The notes under the pieces were generated by a model. The model worked only from the letters and a program-made list of their open reading frames with translations. It had not been told where the DNA came from and did not search any database. A program made the translations under genes and the position numbers. DNA of 63,800 nucleotides, the filler included, from Reclinomonas americana ATCC 50394 (Eukaryota): NCBI GenBank assembly GCA_048213135.1. It is 18 parts of 18 records of this genome, joined end to end, with 100 filler letters (N's around TTAATTAATTAA, not from the genome) between each part and the next. Parts side by side here need not be neighbours in the genome. Positions count along the whole stretch, not along the records: positions 23,920 to 26,758 come from AFZH01018020.1; positions 26,859 to 28,274 come from AFZH01018021.1; positions 28,375 to 32,735 come from AFZH01018022.1; positions 32,836 to 37,859 come from AFZH01018023.1; positions 37,960 to 42,618 come from AFZH01018024.1; 13 more parts are not named here. The stretch is one strand, 5' to 3'. Shown piece after piece: positions 25,251-38,500 of the stretch; positions within the stretch are counted from its first letter, which is position 1; each line of letters starts with the position of its first letter.

Positions 25251-26204
25251 ATGGGGAACAGCCACGTCGTCGTTTTCCGCGCGTTCTACGTGGATGGTAC
25301 CGTCGACAAGACGACGACATCCTGCCGTATCCCAGCTCGTAACACACAAGCGTTTGAGGCTACTTTGAACAAATCCTTGGTCACTCCGGGACTGCAGCGG
25401 CTGGAGCTGCGCTGTGCGTCTGACAGCGTCAGGTGCGTCAGAATTCATCTGGTCTCTGGTCATCTACCGTCTCCCTAACGCGTGACTACAATGCAGGGCG
25501 GTGATGTCGAAGATGGCACGAATCTACCGCCCGGTTGCGGACGAGGTTCTCCTCAAGCAGAACAGCTCGTGGGTACTTCGCACTCAGAATGCATTGAAAG
25601 ACAAGATGGCTCCACTTGTCACGCTGCCCGACAAATCGTGGAGCTCGAGGGGCGTCTACGCTATGGTTGAAGACTTCAAGTCTGTCCAGTGCAACTTTTT
25701 GAACGCGGAGAACAATCCAGCCAAGGCGTCGGCCGCGTGGGAGGATGACAGCAGGCTTAATCTGTTCATCAATTTCCACTTTGTTGACCAGCCAATTGCG
25801 GTGAGTGCTGTATGATTGCATGCATGCATGAATTATTCCTCATGCTTCGCGGACATTCTCAGCCGTCAGTTCCTGCAATGGTGATAACATACGCACTGGA
25901 TATTCCAGCACCGGACCCGTCGCCGCCAGTTGACGGCGACGTCGATTGCGAAGAAGTGTACCACTCTACTAGTACTGTCGTCAGTGTCCCACTGCGGCAG
26001 TCATCCGCGAAAGCGTTTGGCCCGAGGTCGGTGCCCTCGAAAGGCGAGAGTGGACACCGCGGCAGCGGCGAGTTCAACGCTCCGCGCAGCGGTGCGAACT
26101 GGCAAGGAATGGTTTCGGAGGGGACATGCACTGAATTCGAATTCGCGATCGACAGCACCTTCACTGACCACAGCGAGCTCGATGATGACCATGGCCAGCT
26201 GTGA
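25251..26204 (+). CDS. Hypothetical protein (3 exons, orphan-like)
   Basis: MGNSHVVVFRAFYVDGT..., then AG|GTGCGT...CAG and GCG|GTGAGT...CAG introns that join three open frames ending ...DDDHGQL*. No family recognised. Confidence 0.55.
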
Positions 26205-27104
26205 TCGGCATGCTGCACAAGATCCAGACGTTTGCATCCAAGTTCCAACTGCGACGTCGATTTCACGACCAGTTTTTATTGCGTGTTTGCGTGTGCCCAC
26301 TCTCTTTCTCTCTCTTTCTTTCTTTCATTATTTCCCCTCATATCCGCAGCAGCGCGAGTGGATCTAGTTTCTCTCCATCATCGAGCAAGAGAATGTGCGG
26401 ACTCTTGCTGTGTACAAGTATTTCTTTTTCTCTTCTCCCTTCATCCTTGATCTTGGCGATCCACTCTTTCCCCCCTTCATCTTCCCCGCTATTATCGCTG
26501 CACACAGTTGGTAAATGTTGCGATGGAGAACTGAAAATGCGCCTCATGTCCACCAGGAATGCAAGAGCCGAATACTTCACGGATCAAGAAACCAATATTG
26601 CAATTGCAGATCTGAACCATTCCGCGCGCTGCAATGCAGGCTTCTGCAATCGTACAACACGTACCCAGAACATTGGGCATAGTCTTATGGCGGTGCGGAC
26701 CACTGGCCAGGGTGAAAAGAAAAACCCAGTGCTGCATCTCTGCAGATCTAGAGACAACNNNNNNNNNNNNNNNNNNNNNNNNNNNNNNNNNNNNNNNNNN
26801 NNTTAATTAATTAANNNNNNNNNNNNNNNNNNNNNNNNNNNNNNNNNNNNNNNNNNNNCTTTTGTGGTGCGCCATTGCTTGCAGCAGCGCGATGCTCTCC
26901 CCACCCCACCCCTTGCTTGTCTTTTCTGGGTCGCTGCGTTTTCTTTCATGTTCTGTGTCTTGGCGTGCATTATTTTTGTGCGTGCCGGCAGGAGTGGAGA
27001 AAATGTATCGCGAAAGAGAGAGTGGCAAAGTTGGTGGCAAAAGGGAGGGAGGGTCGATTGAGGGGAAGGCCGTCCTGCCAAGTGTAGGTAAGTGAGCTGG
27101 CATG

Positions 27105-27410
27105 GGAAGGAGGAAGAGCTCAAGGCCAATCTGCTGGTCGTCAAGGGTCGGGAATGAGGCAAAGGTGAGTTGCCATGGGGAGAGAGTGATAAGGGGAAGG
27201 GATCAGGGCCAACCTGCTGATCGTGAAGGGTCGGGAATGTGGTCAAGGTAGCTACCATTGGTTGAGAGTGATAAGGGGAAGGGATCAGGGCCAACCTACT
27301 GATCGTCAAGGGTCGGGAGTGAGGTCAAGGTGAGTTGCCATGGTTGGAGTGATAGGCGAAGGGATCAGGGCCAACCTGCTGATCGGGAGAGGTCAAGGCG
27401 AGCTGGCGAG
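27105..27410. repeat. ~80-82-bp tandem repeat, about 4 copies, upstream of SMC2
   Basis: GGGATCAGGGCCAACCTxCTGATCG at 27199, 27281 and 27361, with a diverged copy near 27117. Confidence 0.9.
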
Positions 27411-27822
27411 GATCGACCGCGGTCAAATTGACTTGATCGAGGTCGTTCTCTGCAAGAAGCGATTTGTTTGGCGAGCAGATGGTGTAGATACTTTCTACTA
27501 TGATGCTGTGGGGCTCCCGCAACTCACAGAGACCTCCAGCCACGAGAAACCCGATTCAGCCGAAAAATTGACCGTTACGTTTCGCACCTCGCGCGAAATT
27601 GTCACCCTTACATTTCACGAGCGCGGCGAGAAAAGGCCACTCTCTCTCTTTCTCTTTCTCTCCCCCCACTCTCACACACACACTCATCTCCTCAGTGTGA
27701 CACACACTCTTTCTGTGAAAGTGCAGCTGGGTGCGTGCGTGTGTCTCTGTTTTGTAAAAAAAGCTGTGGATTTCGCACTGATCTCTCTCTCCATCCTGTG
27801 TGTGTCACTCGCGCAGGCCACC

Positions 27823-30800
27823 ATGCGTATCCAAGAGATCATCATTGATGGCTTCAAGAGTTGCGTCGCGAGGCGGGTGCTCGCAGAGAGCAGGCAGTTG
27901 TGGAGAGCAGTGTTGACAATCAACAGATGCGGTTGTCACTCTCTCACACCCTCACACACACGCGCGACCACAGAGAGAGAGCCTGCACGCCTCCATCATT
28001 GTCTTCGTCTTTCTTCTTGTAAGTCTCTCTTCTCTCGCCTCTCCTCTCCTCTCCTCTCTTCTCCTCTCCCCTCCTCTTCCTCTTCCCTTCCTCTTCCCTT
28101 CCTCTCTCCTCTCCCTCGCCTCTCCTCTCCTCTCTCCCTCTCTTTCCTCTCCCTCCTCTCCTCTCCTGTCCTCTTGCCTCTCCTCTCCTCTCCTCTCCTC
28201 TCCTCCCCTCTCCTCTCCTCTCCTCCCCCTCCTCTCCTCCCCCCTCCTCTCCTCCCCCCTCCTCTCCTCTCCTCNNNNNNNNNNNNNNNNNNNNNNNNNN
28301 NNNNNNNNNNNNNNNNNNTTAATTAATTAANNNNNNNNNNNNNNNNNNNNNNNNNNNNNNNNNNNNNNNNNNNNCTGGCAAGAGCAACATTCTCGACGCC
28401 ATCTGCTTTGTCCTCGGCATCTCCAACCTGCAGCAGGTACGCGTGGTTTGCATTGGTCTCTCTCTCTGCCTCTCCCTTCTCCCTCACTCTTGACGAACTG
28501 CAGGTTCGCGCCAGCAACCTCTCTGAGTTGGTCTACAAGCACGGACAGGCCGGTGTAACAAAGGCCAGCGTCAGCATCGTGTTCGACAACTCGGATCGCA
28601 GACAGAGCCCTGTCGGCTACGAGCAGTACGATGTGATCACAGTGACGCGTCAGGTGGTCATCGGAGGTGAGAACACGTCACTGCAGACAAGTGGGGGGAG
28701 ATGCCGTCAGCGAGAATCGATTCTTGCTGGAAGTCACAGCTTTCTTTGCCTGTTGCTGTCAGCATTTGCAGTGCGCTGTCTCCTCCTTGCGAGGCATTCG
28801 CTCTCTCCCTCTTTCCTTCTCTCTTCCTCCTTCCATTTCCCTTCCCCGTTCTCTTTCCAGCTACCCCTGCCCCCTCTCCTCTCCTTTCCTCTCCACTTTC
28901 CTGCTCTCTTCTTCTCTCCACTTTCCTTCTCTCCCCTCATCTCCAGTATTCGTTCTCTCCCTTCCTTGTCTCCACTTCCCTTCCCTCTTCTCCTCCTCTC
29001 TTCCCCTTCCCCTTCTCTCCCCTTCTTACCCTCCCTCCCCCTTCCGAGGCCAGGCCGCAACAAATACCTGATCAACGGCCACGTCGCGCAACTGGCACAA
29101 GTGCAAAACCTCTTCCACAGCGTCGGTCTCAACGTGAACAATCCCACCTTCCTCATCATGCAAGGCCGCATCACCAAGGTGTTGAACATGAAGCCACCAG
29201 AGGTGCGTCTCCTTGTTCTCTCAATTCTTTTCAAATCGCACGCATCAACCCCCTCTCTTTCTCGTAGGTGCTCGGCATGATTGAGGAGGCCGCCGGCACG
29301 CGCATGTACGAGGTCAAGAAGGACGCCTCGCTGCGCACCATTGAGAAGAAGGACCACAAGCTGCAGGAGATCAATGGGGTGAGCAAGAAACATTGCACCA
29401 CTCCTTCCTTCAGTCGCTCATCCCTTTCCCCACTAGATCCTGAACGACGAAATCATCCCCAAGCTCAACAAGCTGCGCGAGCAAAAGTCACAGTACGAGG
29501 AGTTTGCGCGTGCGGTCGCCGACACGGAGCGCCTCTCGCGATTCGTTGTGGCATTCACGTACACGGAGCGTGAAAAGGCCGTCAAGTTGCACCTCGTGGC
29601 CGTCGAGGATCTGCAGCGCTCGGTGCAGGAGCTCGAGTCGCAGCGCGAGGAGCTGGAACGCGAGGTACAGTTGACATTCTCTGGAGCAAAATTCAGCTTG
29701 TGTGTCTCTAGTCTCACGAACTGTTGTAGGTGCGCGCCATTGAGCGCGAGATCCACGAGTTGCAGGCGCAGCGCGACGCCAAGGTGGAGGAGGAGACGAA
29801 GCGATTGGAGGAGGCGACGACCCAGGCCTCGAAGGAAGTGGTCAAGGCCACCACCGTGTGGCAGAACCGCTTGGAGGCTCACAACAAGGAGCGGGAGGGC
29901 ATTGAGGCGACTCGTGCCAGCGCCACCGAGGTGCGTGCGACGAAGAGGAGAAAGGAGACTACAAGATGGCTCACGTTTGCGCCACGCAGGTCCAATCCAC
30001 TCTCCAGAAGCAACGGCGGCACATGGACAAGCTGCGCAAGGAGCTCGACCGCATGGTCAAGGACAAGCGCGCCGCCGAACAGCTGCTGGAGGAGCTGCAG
30101 TGCCAGTACGAGTCGGTGCTGGCCGGTGTGGCTGGTGGAGATGGCAAGAAGACCCTCACGGAGACGTTGATGGGTGAGCTGAATGGGAGGGGGAGGGGAT
30201 AGGGACAGAAAGGGGAAAAGGTCTTTGCATAAGATGCGCTGTGAAGCGAGTGACAGGCGAAAACTGTAGAATAATGTTTGTCTCTCTTCTTTCTTTTTCT
30301 CTTTGGTATCACTTCTTGTCTTTCGTTTTTCTCTTTCCTCTATGCTCCTGTTTCCGTGTCTCTCTTATTTCCTCTCTCTTTCTCTGTCTGCCAATCTCTC
30401 ATCCTCTCTTCCGTCTCTGTTCCTCTCTTTCTTCTCTCTTTCTTATATCTTCTTTCTCTTTCTCCCCCCTCTCTCTGTCTTTCTGTCTTCTGTCTCTTGT
30501 TTCGTCTCTATCTTCTTTCTCTCTTCCCGTCTGTTGTCTCGCTCTCTCACACAGTCATTCTTAGTCGTCTGTCTCTGTCTCGTCACTCTTTCTCTTACGT
30601 CTCTCACTCCTTTCCCTTGTCCTATCTTCTGCCATTCTCTTAGCTCCTTCTTGTGCTCCCCTCTCCCTCTCTCCTCCATCTCCCTCCTTCTCCCTCTCCC
30701 TTCGGTCTCTCTTCCTCTCTTTTGTTTACCTGTTCAATCTCTCCACTGTCTCTGTTGCTGTCTTTTGTTTCTCTTTTCTTCCACGTCCCTCTCTCAGTTT

Positions 30801-33800
30801 TCACTCTCCTTCCCTCACACACCCCAGCAGTTTCTTTTCTCGTCCATATGCTCTTTCTTGTATCCTCTCTCTTTCACTGCTGTCTTCTGCCTCGCTATTT
30901 CTCTCTTCCATTGCTCTCCCCGTTCTCTCCCCCTTCTCTTTCCCCTTCCTTCCCCCTTCCTTCCCCCTTCCTTCCCCCCTCCTTTCCCCCTCCTTCCCTC
31001 CTCCCTCCTCCCTCGTCCCTCCTCCCTCTTCCCCTCTTCCCCTCTTCCCCTCTTCCCTTCTTCCCTTCTTCCCTTCTTCCCTGCTTCCCTTCTTCCCTGC
31101 TTCCCTTCTTCCCTTCTTCCCCTCTTCCCCTCTTCCCCCCTCCCTCTCCTCCATTCCTCACCCTTCTCTTTCTCCGTTCTCCCCTCTCTTCTCCCTCCAC
31201 TCGCAGACATCAAATCGCAGATCAGCGGCACGCAATCGGCCGCCGAGCAAGCGCGCATGACCGAGGCACATCTGCAAGCCGACTTGAAGCAGAAGAAGCG
31301 GGCGGCGCAGAACGCCGAGAAGGAGCTGAAGGCCATGATGGCGGAGGCGACCGAGCTGGAGCGCAAGTTGCAGCGACTGGATGTTGCGTCAAACGTCGAT
31401 TCCCCCCCGTTTTATCCTGGTCATCTGACTGATGCCCTGGTACAGGCCGAGATTGAGCGATTGGCCTTTGATCCCAGCGAGCTGCAGGGTCTCGAGCGCC
31501 GTCGTGCTGAGATGCGCAAGTCCACCGACTCCTTCCGCTCGCGCGTGGAGGAAATGTCGGCACAAATGTCGAGACTGTCGTTCCAGTACGCAGACCCCGA
31601 GCGCAACTTTGATCGCCGTCAAGTCAAGGTACGGAAGTGCCATCATCATCATCGTGTTCCCCTGCTTACGTCCTCTCGTGTAGGGTCTTGTGGCACGCCT
31701 GCTGGAAGTGCAATCACCCGAGGCCGCCACGGCGCTGGAGGTGTGCGCCGGTGCCAAGCTGTACCAGGTGGTGGTGACCACGGAAGAAGTGGGCAAGAAG
31801 CTGCTGGACAAGGGCAAGCTGCAGCGCCGAGTGACGATTATTCCACTCAACAAGATTCGCTCGCAACGTGTGGCTGAGCAGGTGCGTTGCACAACCCTGA
31901 TGTCCGTGATCTTTTGCCTCCTCCACTCACTCTCTCTCCTGCCCCTCCTGCCCCTCTCCAGGTGTGCTCACTGGCCAAGGACCGCGTGGGTGAAGCGAAT
32001 GCCGACCTGGCGCTGTCACTGATTGGTTACGACCACGAGCTGGAGGCCGCCATGTCGTATGTGTTTGGTGGCACCATCATCTGCCGTGACATGGACGCTG
32101 CAAAGGCGGTGGCATTCGACCGCGATCTGCGCGTGAAGACCGTGACGCTGGACGGCGAGGTCTTTGATCCGCGCGGCACTCTGACGGGCGGATCGCTGCC
32201 GTCGAACAGCTCGGTCTTGCTGCGACTGCAGGAGCTCTCTGGTGCGTCGCGCGCAGCAGCAAAGGAGAAGGAGAAGAAAAAAGCATTCCAAGAAAATCTC
32301 ACTTGCCTTGCTTGCAGAGGGCGAGCGCCAGCTGGCCGACTCGGAGCAGGCACTCGGCGAAATCGAGCAGCGCATTGCACAGCTGAAGACCGTGGAGGCG
32401 CGATACACGGAACTGACACGCGAGCGTGAACTCGTGCGCCACCAGGGCGCTCTGGTGCAGGATCGCCTCAAGCAGAGTGCGCAGTACAAGGTGATTGAGG
32501 AGTACCGCGCGCTGGAGATCGAGCTGGAGGAGAAGGAGAAGATCCAGACGCAGTCGATGGAGCTGGTGGCGACACTCGAGGCGCGGTACGAGGAGCTGGA
32601 GCAGGAGATGGAGAATTTCGCCGGCAAGCAGGGGAAGCAAAAGAAGGATATTGAGGTAAACAGGGGAGAGGGCGGGAAGGGGGAAGGCAGAGGGGAAGGG
32701 AGAGGGGAAGGGAGAGGGGAAGGGAGAGGAGGAGANNNNNNNNNNNNNNNNNNNNNNNNNNNNNNNNNNNNNNNNNNNNTTAATTAATTAANNNNNNNNN
32801 NNNNNNNNNNNNNNNNNNNNNNNNNNNNNNNNNNNTATTCGGCTAGCACTGTGGGTTGGCATCAGTGAGTGGTGCACACATTCTCAGCAAGATGCTCACT
32901 CACTCTTGCTTTGTAGGCCCGCATTGCCAGCACACGGCGCGAGGCCGCTGACTTGGCCACTGCCACCCGCACCAAGACGGTCGAGGTGGAGACGCTGGAG
33001 GCGGAAATTGGTGAGCTGATTCACCTCCTCAAAGTCGCCTTCTCGCGTACTCACTCTTCTCCGTCGCCGCAGAGGAGAGCGAAAAGGAAATGTCGTCGCT
33101 GCAGGAAAAGGTGGCAGAGGATGAGGCCGCGCTCGAAACCGAGACTGCGAAGATTGCGCAGTTGGAGCAGGTGGTGAAGCAACACAAGGCCGTGTACGAG
33201 ACGGAGAAGGCGCGCCTGGACACTCGGCGCGGCGAGCTGATGGCATGCAATGCTGAAATCAGCAAGCTGCAGCAGCGTCGGGAGCGCAAGGCCAAGAAAC
33301 TCGGCGATATTGAGCTGGAGCTGAAGCGGGTGGCCCACAAGATTCAGCGGGCGGAGAAGGTAAGCGCGGTGGAGGAGAAGGAGATGGGAGAGGGAGGGAA
33401 AGAGAGGAGATATGAGAGATGAAGAAGAGAATCGTAGAGAGCAACGCAGAGCAGGCATAGAGCGTAACGTGGACGCGCGAACGGAGCAGAGAAGAAATTG
33501 ACGCAACGAGAGATGTCTGCAGAGCAGGAGAAAAGAAGAATTGAGTTATTGGTGCGAGAAAGCAGGCCAGCAGAGAAGGCAGAGAGAGTGCAGAGAAAGA
33601 GAAAGTGGATAGGAGAGTTGCGGACAAGGATAGGTCAGTACAGCGGCTGCAGTGAGTACGGAGGAAGAGAAAAGTGAGACCTCGCTCTGTGAAAACGCCA
33701 CAATTAGTGCAGAGAACGATAAAATGGACAGGAGAGTTGCAAAGGAGGATAGACAGTGAAGATGCGGAGTAAGAGATGAAACGAGAGCGGGGAAAACAGT

Positions 33801-35377
33801 ACACCTTAGTATACGATTCAGAAGGCACAATGAGTGCAGAGAACGAGAAGATTGAATTGAAGAGACACAAAAGAGAAGGTCAGTGACGATGCAGAAGAAG
33901 AGAAGAGCTGAGACGTCGCTGCGTTAAATAGCTGCACTGTTGAGTGTATGGAGAAGAAGGTACAATGAGTGCAGACTACGTGAAGAGTGGATAGGAGAAA
34001 TTCGAGCAAAGAAAGTTTGGTACAAAGGATGGAGAAGAAGAGAAGACCTGGAATGGAGCGTTAAAATAGCGCTGCTGAGTGCACGGAGAAGGAGGCGTGA
34101 TGGATGCAAAGAACGAGAACATTGAATGAGAGACACAAAAGAGAAGGCCAGTGAAGATGCAGAAGAAGAGAAGAGCTGAGATGTCGGCGCGTTAAAACAA
34201 CAGTACTGAGTGCACGGAGAAGAAGACACAGTGAGCGCAGAGAACGAGAAGATTGAATTGGAGAGACACAAAAGAGAAGGTCAGTGACGATGCAGAAGAA
34301 GAGAAGAGCTGAGAGCTCGGTGCGTTAAAATCAGCACTGCTGAGTGCACGGGGAAGAAGACACAGTGAGTGCAGAGAACGAGAAGAAAGGGTAGAAGGTA
34401 ATCAGATGTGAAATGACAGCAGAAACAAGGCTTTTGACGTGTGCAACTGCAGCAGCAGCTTGTAAATCTTCCCTTTCACTTACCCTTTCCCCTTCTCCCT
34501 TTCCCCTTCCCCCTTTTCTCCCTTCCCCCTCCCAGGATGCCAAGGACGCCCAGTCCTCCGTCGACAGCCTCGTGCGCCAGAACCCATGGATCGACACCGA
34601 AAAGGCGTTTTTCGGCCGCGCCGGCACCGACTACGACTTTGAGGCGCGCAATCCGCGACAGGCGCAGGCACGTCTGGAGCAGGCGCGCGAGCAGCAGGGC
34701 CGCCTCGGCAAGTCCATCAACAAGAAGGTGCTGACCATGTATGAGAAGGCGGAGCAGGAGTTCCGCGACCTGATGGCCAAGAAGGAGACGGTGGAGAACG
34801 ATCGCGCCAAGATCGAGGCCGCCATTGCGGAGCTGGACGAGAAGAAGAAGGAGGTGTTGGCGTCGACATTTGCCAAGGTCAATGGCGATTTCGGCAGCAT
34901 CTTCTCCACGCTGCTGCCCGGCACCAAGGCCAAGCTGGAGCCGGTGGAGGGCCACGATTTGTTCGACGGGCTCGAGGTAAAGGTGGCGTTTGGCGACACG
35001 TGGAAGGAGAGCTTGACGGAGCTGAGTGGTGGACAAAGGTGGGTTGTGGTGGGAGAAGGGTGAAGGGGGAGAGGCGACAGAATCCTCACATGTGCGTGTT
35101 GCTGCGCAGATCGCTGCTGGCTCTCAGCCTGATTCTCGCCCTGCTGCTGTTCAAGCCAGCGCCGCTGTACATTCTCGACGAGGTGGATGCGGCGCTCGAC
35201 TTGTCGCACACGCAGAACATTGGTCGCATGCTGCGCAACCACTTTTCGAATTCGCAGTTTATCGTGGTGTCGCTCAAGGAGGGCATGTTCAACAACGCCA
35301 ATGTGCTGTTCCGCACCAAGTTCGTCAATGGCCAGAGCACGGTGTCGTGCATCGCCAATGGTGTTGCAGCCATGTGA
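27823..35377 (+). CDS. SMC2: Condensin subunit SMC2, multi-exon, partly in gaps
   Basis: [73 protein letters not shown], hinge ([24 protein letters not shown]), [45 protein letters not shown] probable 5' UTR intron ends directly before GCCACCATG. Confidence 0.97.
33580..34390. repeat. Diverged ~130-bp tandem repeats in SMC2 intron 33360-34535
   Basis: Recurring GAGxGCAGAGAACGAGAAGATTGAATTG..GAGACACAAAAGAGAAGGTCAGTGACGATGCAGAAGAAGAGAAGAGCTGAGA at ~33832, 34110 and 34233, with weaker copies on either side. Confidence 0.85.
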
Positions 35378-35541
35378 GCGCGCGGGAGGGGGAGAGCGTC
35401 CGTGTGCTGCGGCCACGAGGCAGCCAGAATCAATTCGTTATGAAACAGAAGCAAGCAGAAAGAATGTAACTCAATGCAAAGGCAATGGAAAGGAATGGGA
35501 ATGGTACAATTACACGCATTGCTGGTGATCGAGCACTGCAG

Positions 35542-38500
35542 TTACAGTGCCTCGCCGCGTCTTCTCTTGTCCTTTTTGTGGTGATGGTGGTGGTGGTCGT
35601 GGTGGTGATCATGGTCTTCGTGATCGTGATCGTGGTCGTGGCGACCGTGGTCACCGGCGTCCACCACCGCATCGCGTGAGACGACGCGTGCAGCGAAAGG
35701 CGAGGCCACAGCGGCTGTTGGAGTCACCGGTGGGCAGCAGGCGCCGTCAAACATCTCCAGCTGGACAGTCACGTGCGGGATGCCAAACCTGAAACAGGAG
35801 GGAGAGATTGAGAACAGAAGAAGAAAGAGAAAGTTGACAACATGGTAGTCGCGCAACTCCAAAAACACGTGATTAATGTCGCGGAACTTGTCCTGGTACT
35901 GCGAGATTTCCTGCACTTGCGCGTGGCAGGTGGCAATCGTGTTGGACTCGCTCTGGTCAAGGAGGAGAGAGAGAGAGAGAGAGGTGAGCGGTGGGGAGGA
36001 GGAGATCACAGCCATCATCTGGCGACTAACCAGCTGCCACAGGTGCACGTCGTGAATGTTGGAGATGCCGGGGATCTGAATAAGAGGGCGTGAGAAAGGG
36101 GGACGGAGGGAAGGCACGGTCACATGTGCGGTGAACCTTGCGCAGTTTCTTGCGGAGCTTGAAAATGTCAATGTGGCGCGGAACGCCTTGCATCAGGATG
36201 TGCACGCTGTGTTTCACTGTCGAGAGGGGAGAGGTAAGGGAAGGGAGAAGGTGAGAAAGGAAAAGGCAGAAGGGGGAAAGGCGAAGACGGAGGGGCCAAG
36301 ACGGATGGGGGAGACGGAAGGGGGGAGACGGAAGGGGGGAGACGGAAAAGGGGGACGAGGGAACAGGAAGACAAAAGGGGGACGAGGGAAGGGAAGACGA
36401 AAGAGGGGGGACAGATATCCTAACAAAGTATGAAGGTCAAGCCTCCGTAATCAAGTCACTCACCAACATTGCCAACAGCGAACACGAGCACAACGGCATT
36501 GAACATGCTGCCCACGGGGTCCACGTAGTACTTCCACTCGCCGTGCACCAGCCACAAGACTTGAAAGAGGAAGATGAGGAGCGGGGGGAGCGTTGAACCA
36601 TGAGACGAATGTGCGCAACTCAAGAACACGCCAACTGTCACCAGCGCTCCGATCAAGTCGGCGACCAGATGCAGGAAGAAGCCTACCAACGCAATTGTGA
36701 GCCACAGGCGCGTAGTGTGATGTGCACGCACACGATACTCATACCAAGCATGTTGAGGTCCTGCGCAAGTGTGGCAAAATTAGAAGGCGACTAAGAAGAC
36801 TGACAGGAGCAGAAACTGCACGACTCACATGATGATGATGTCCGTGTCCATGTCCATGCCCATGCCCGTGCCCGTGTCCATGCCCGTGATCGTGTCCGTG
36901 ATCGTGTCCATGGTCGTGCCCATGCCCGTGATCGTGTCCGTGATCGTGTCCATGGTCGTGCTTCTTCTTCTTCTTCTTCTTATCCTTCTTCTTCTCACCC
37001 CCCTCCGCCTGGTAATCTTCGGCCTCATGCAGCGTCACGGCAGTGGCGGTCTTGCTGGCGCGCCCGCGGTGGAAGGCATCGGCCACCACGTCGGAGTGGC
37101 AGTGCCCGGCCGTGTCGTCGGCGAAAAAGTGGGAGGAGCCGCGGTAGGAGGCGGACGGCGAGGAGCACTCCTCGTCGCCAGACTCGGAGTGGGCATGCGC
37201 GTGAGCGTGGCCGTGATGGCTGTGGCCGTGCGCTTCCTGTGCGTCCTCCTCGGCAGGCTCCTCTCCGTGGCTGTGGTCTGCGAGGGAGGGGGAGAGGAAG
37301 TGAGTGTGGAGTGATAATGGGGGCGACAGGAGATTGAGGACGCAACCGTGGAACCAAATCACACTGATCAGACTCAGCAGTAGTCCGGCACATGAAAAGA
37401 TGAACAGCTCAAAGGCATGCGTGATGTCTGTGGAGCATCTTCGTCAGCAGGCGTGTGAGAGGCGAGGGCGCGATTGTGCAGCTTACCGTCGTTCTGCACT
37501 TTGGTGAGATCTTGAATGGCCTCGATCATGATGGTGGCGGCCAGGGTCAGCAGTGTGATGCCGTTGATAAGTGCGCCGATGACGCCGGCGCGCTGAGTGA
37601 GAAAAGGGGAAGGAGGGTGGGAAGGGGAAGGAGGGAGGAAGAGGAAAGGGGAAGGATCGGCGTGAGAAGGGAGTGAGGGGGGATGAGAAGGGAAAGGAGA
37701 ACAGAAGAGGACGGCGAGAGAGAGACAGTGAGAGAATGAGAGAAAGAGAGAGAGAGAGAGAGAGGAGGAGAGACGGACGACGGAGCTCATAGAAAACGAG
37801 AGGACGACCGATGGCCACGAATAGCAGTGCGAGGAGTTGAGGACCATGAATCTTGAGGANNNNNNNNNNNNNNNNNNNNNNNNNNNNNNNNNNNNNNNNN
37901 NNNTTAATTAATTAANNNNNNNNNNNNNNNNNNNNNNNNNNNNNNNNNNNNNNNNNNNNGAGAGAGAGAGAGAGAGAAACCAAGAGAAGGAGAGGCTAAA
38001 GCTGAGTGTGAAAAAGAACGGCAGAAGCGAGGACGATCAAGCAGACAAGTGAGAAGAGAGGCACATGAACGACTGAGAAGGGGAGGCGAGGCAGACAAGC
38101 AAGAGAAGGAGACGGCGAGGCCAACGGAGAGAGAGAGCTCGTGGAGAAAAGAAGAGACTGGGCGGACACTCCTCCCGTTGTTTCCTGCAATTCACCTCAT
38201 ATCCAAAGGTGAGTTCGGCGCTAGCCGACCTCCGCTTCACGTGATTGGCGTAGGCCGAGATGAGGTTGCCCACAATGTCGAACAGTCGATGGTATCCATC
38301 TGCAAAAAGAAAAAACAAAGACAAAGACAGAGAGAGAAAACCAATCAGCGGAGACACTACAGAGAGAAAGAGAAAGAGAAGCGAATCTTGAGAGGCAGCT
38401 GCAGATCAAAAGATGCGCTCTTCTCTCTCATCCACACTGATGCACACTCACTGAAGCACACACACACACACACACACACGCACACGAAAAGACTCTCTCT

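Noticed and set aside
27860..27866. Non-canonical TT-AG introns (reading G|TTGCG)
   Set aside because: Wherever both ends are visible, only cleavage before the G (GT...AG) preserves the reading frame.
30303..31200. Long Ser/Leu/Pro/Phe-rich ORFs (also 11928-12985, 16724-17676, 47501-48907 and the MGER and HSLT repeats)
   Set aside because: They are translations of stop-poor CT/GA or CACT intron tracts inside identified genes.
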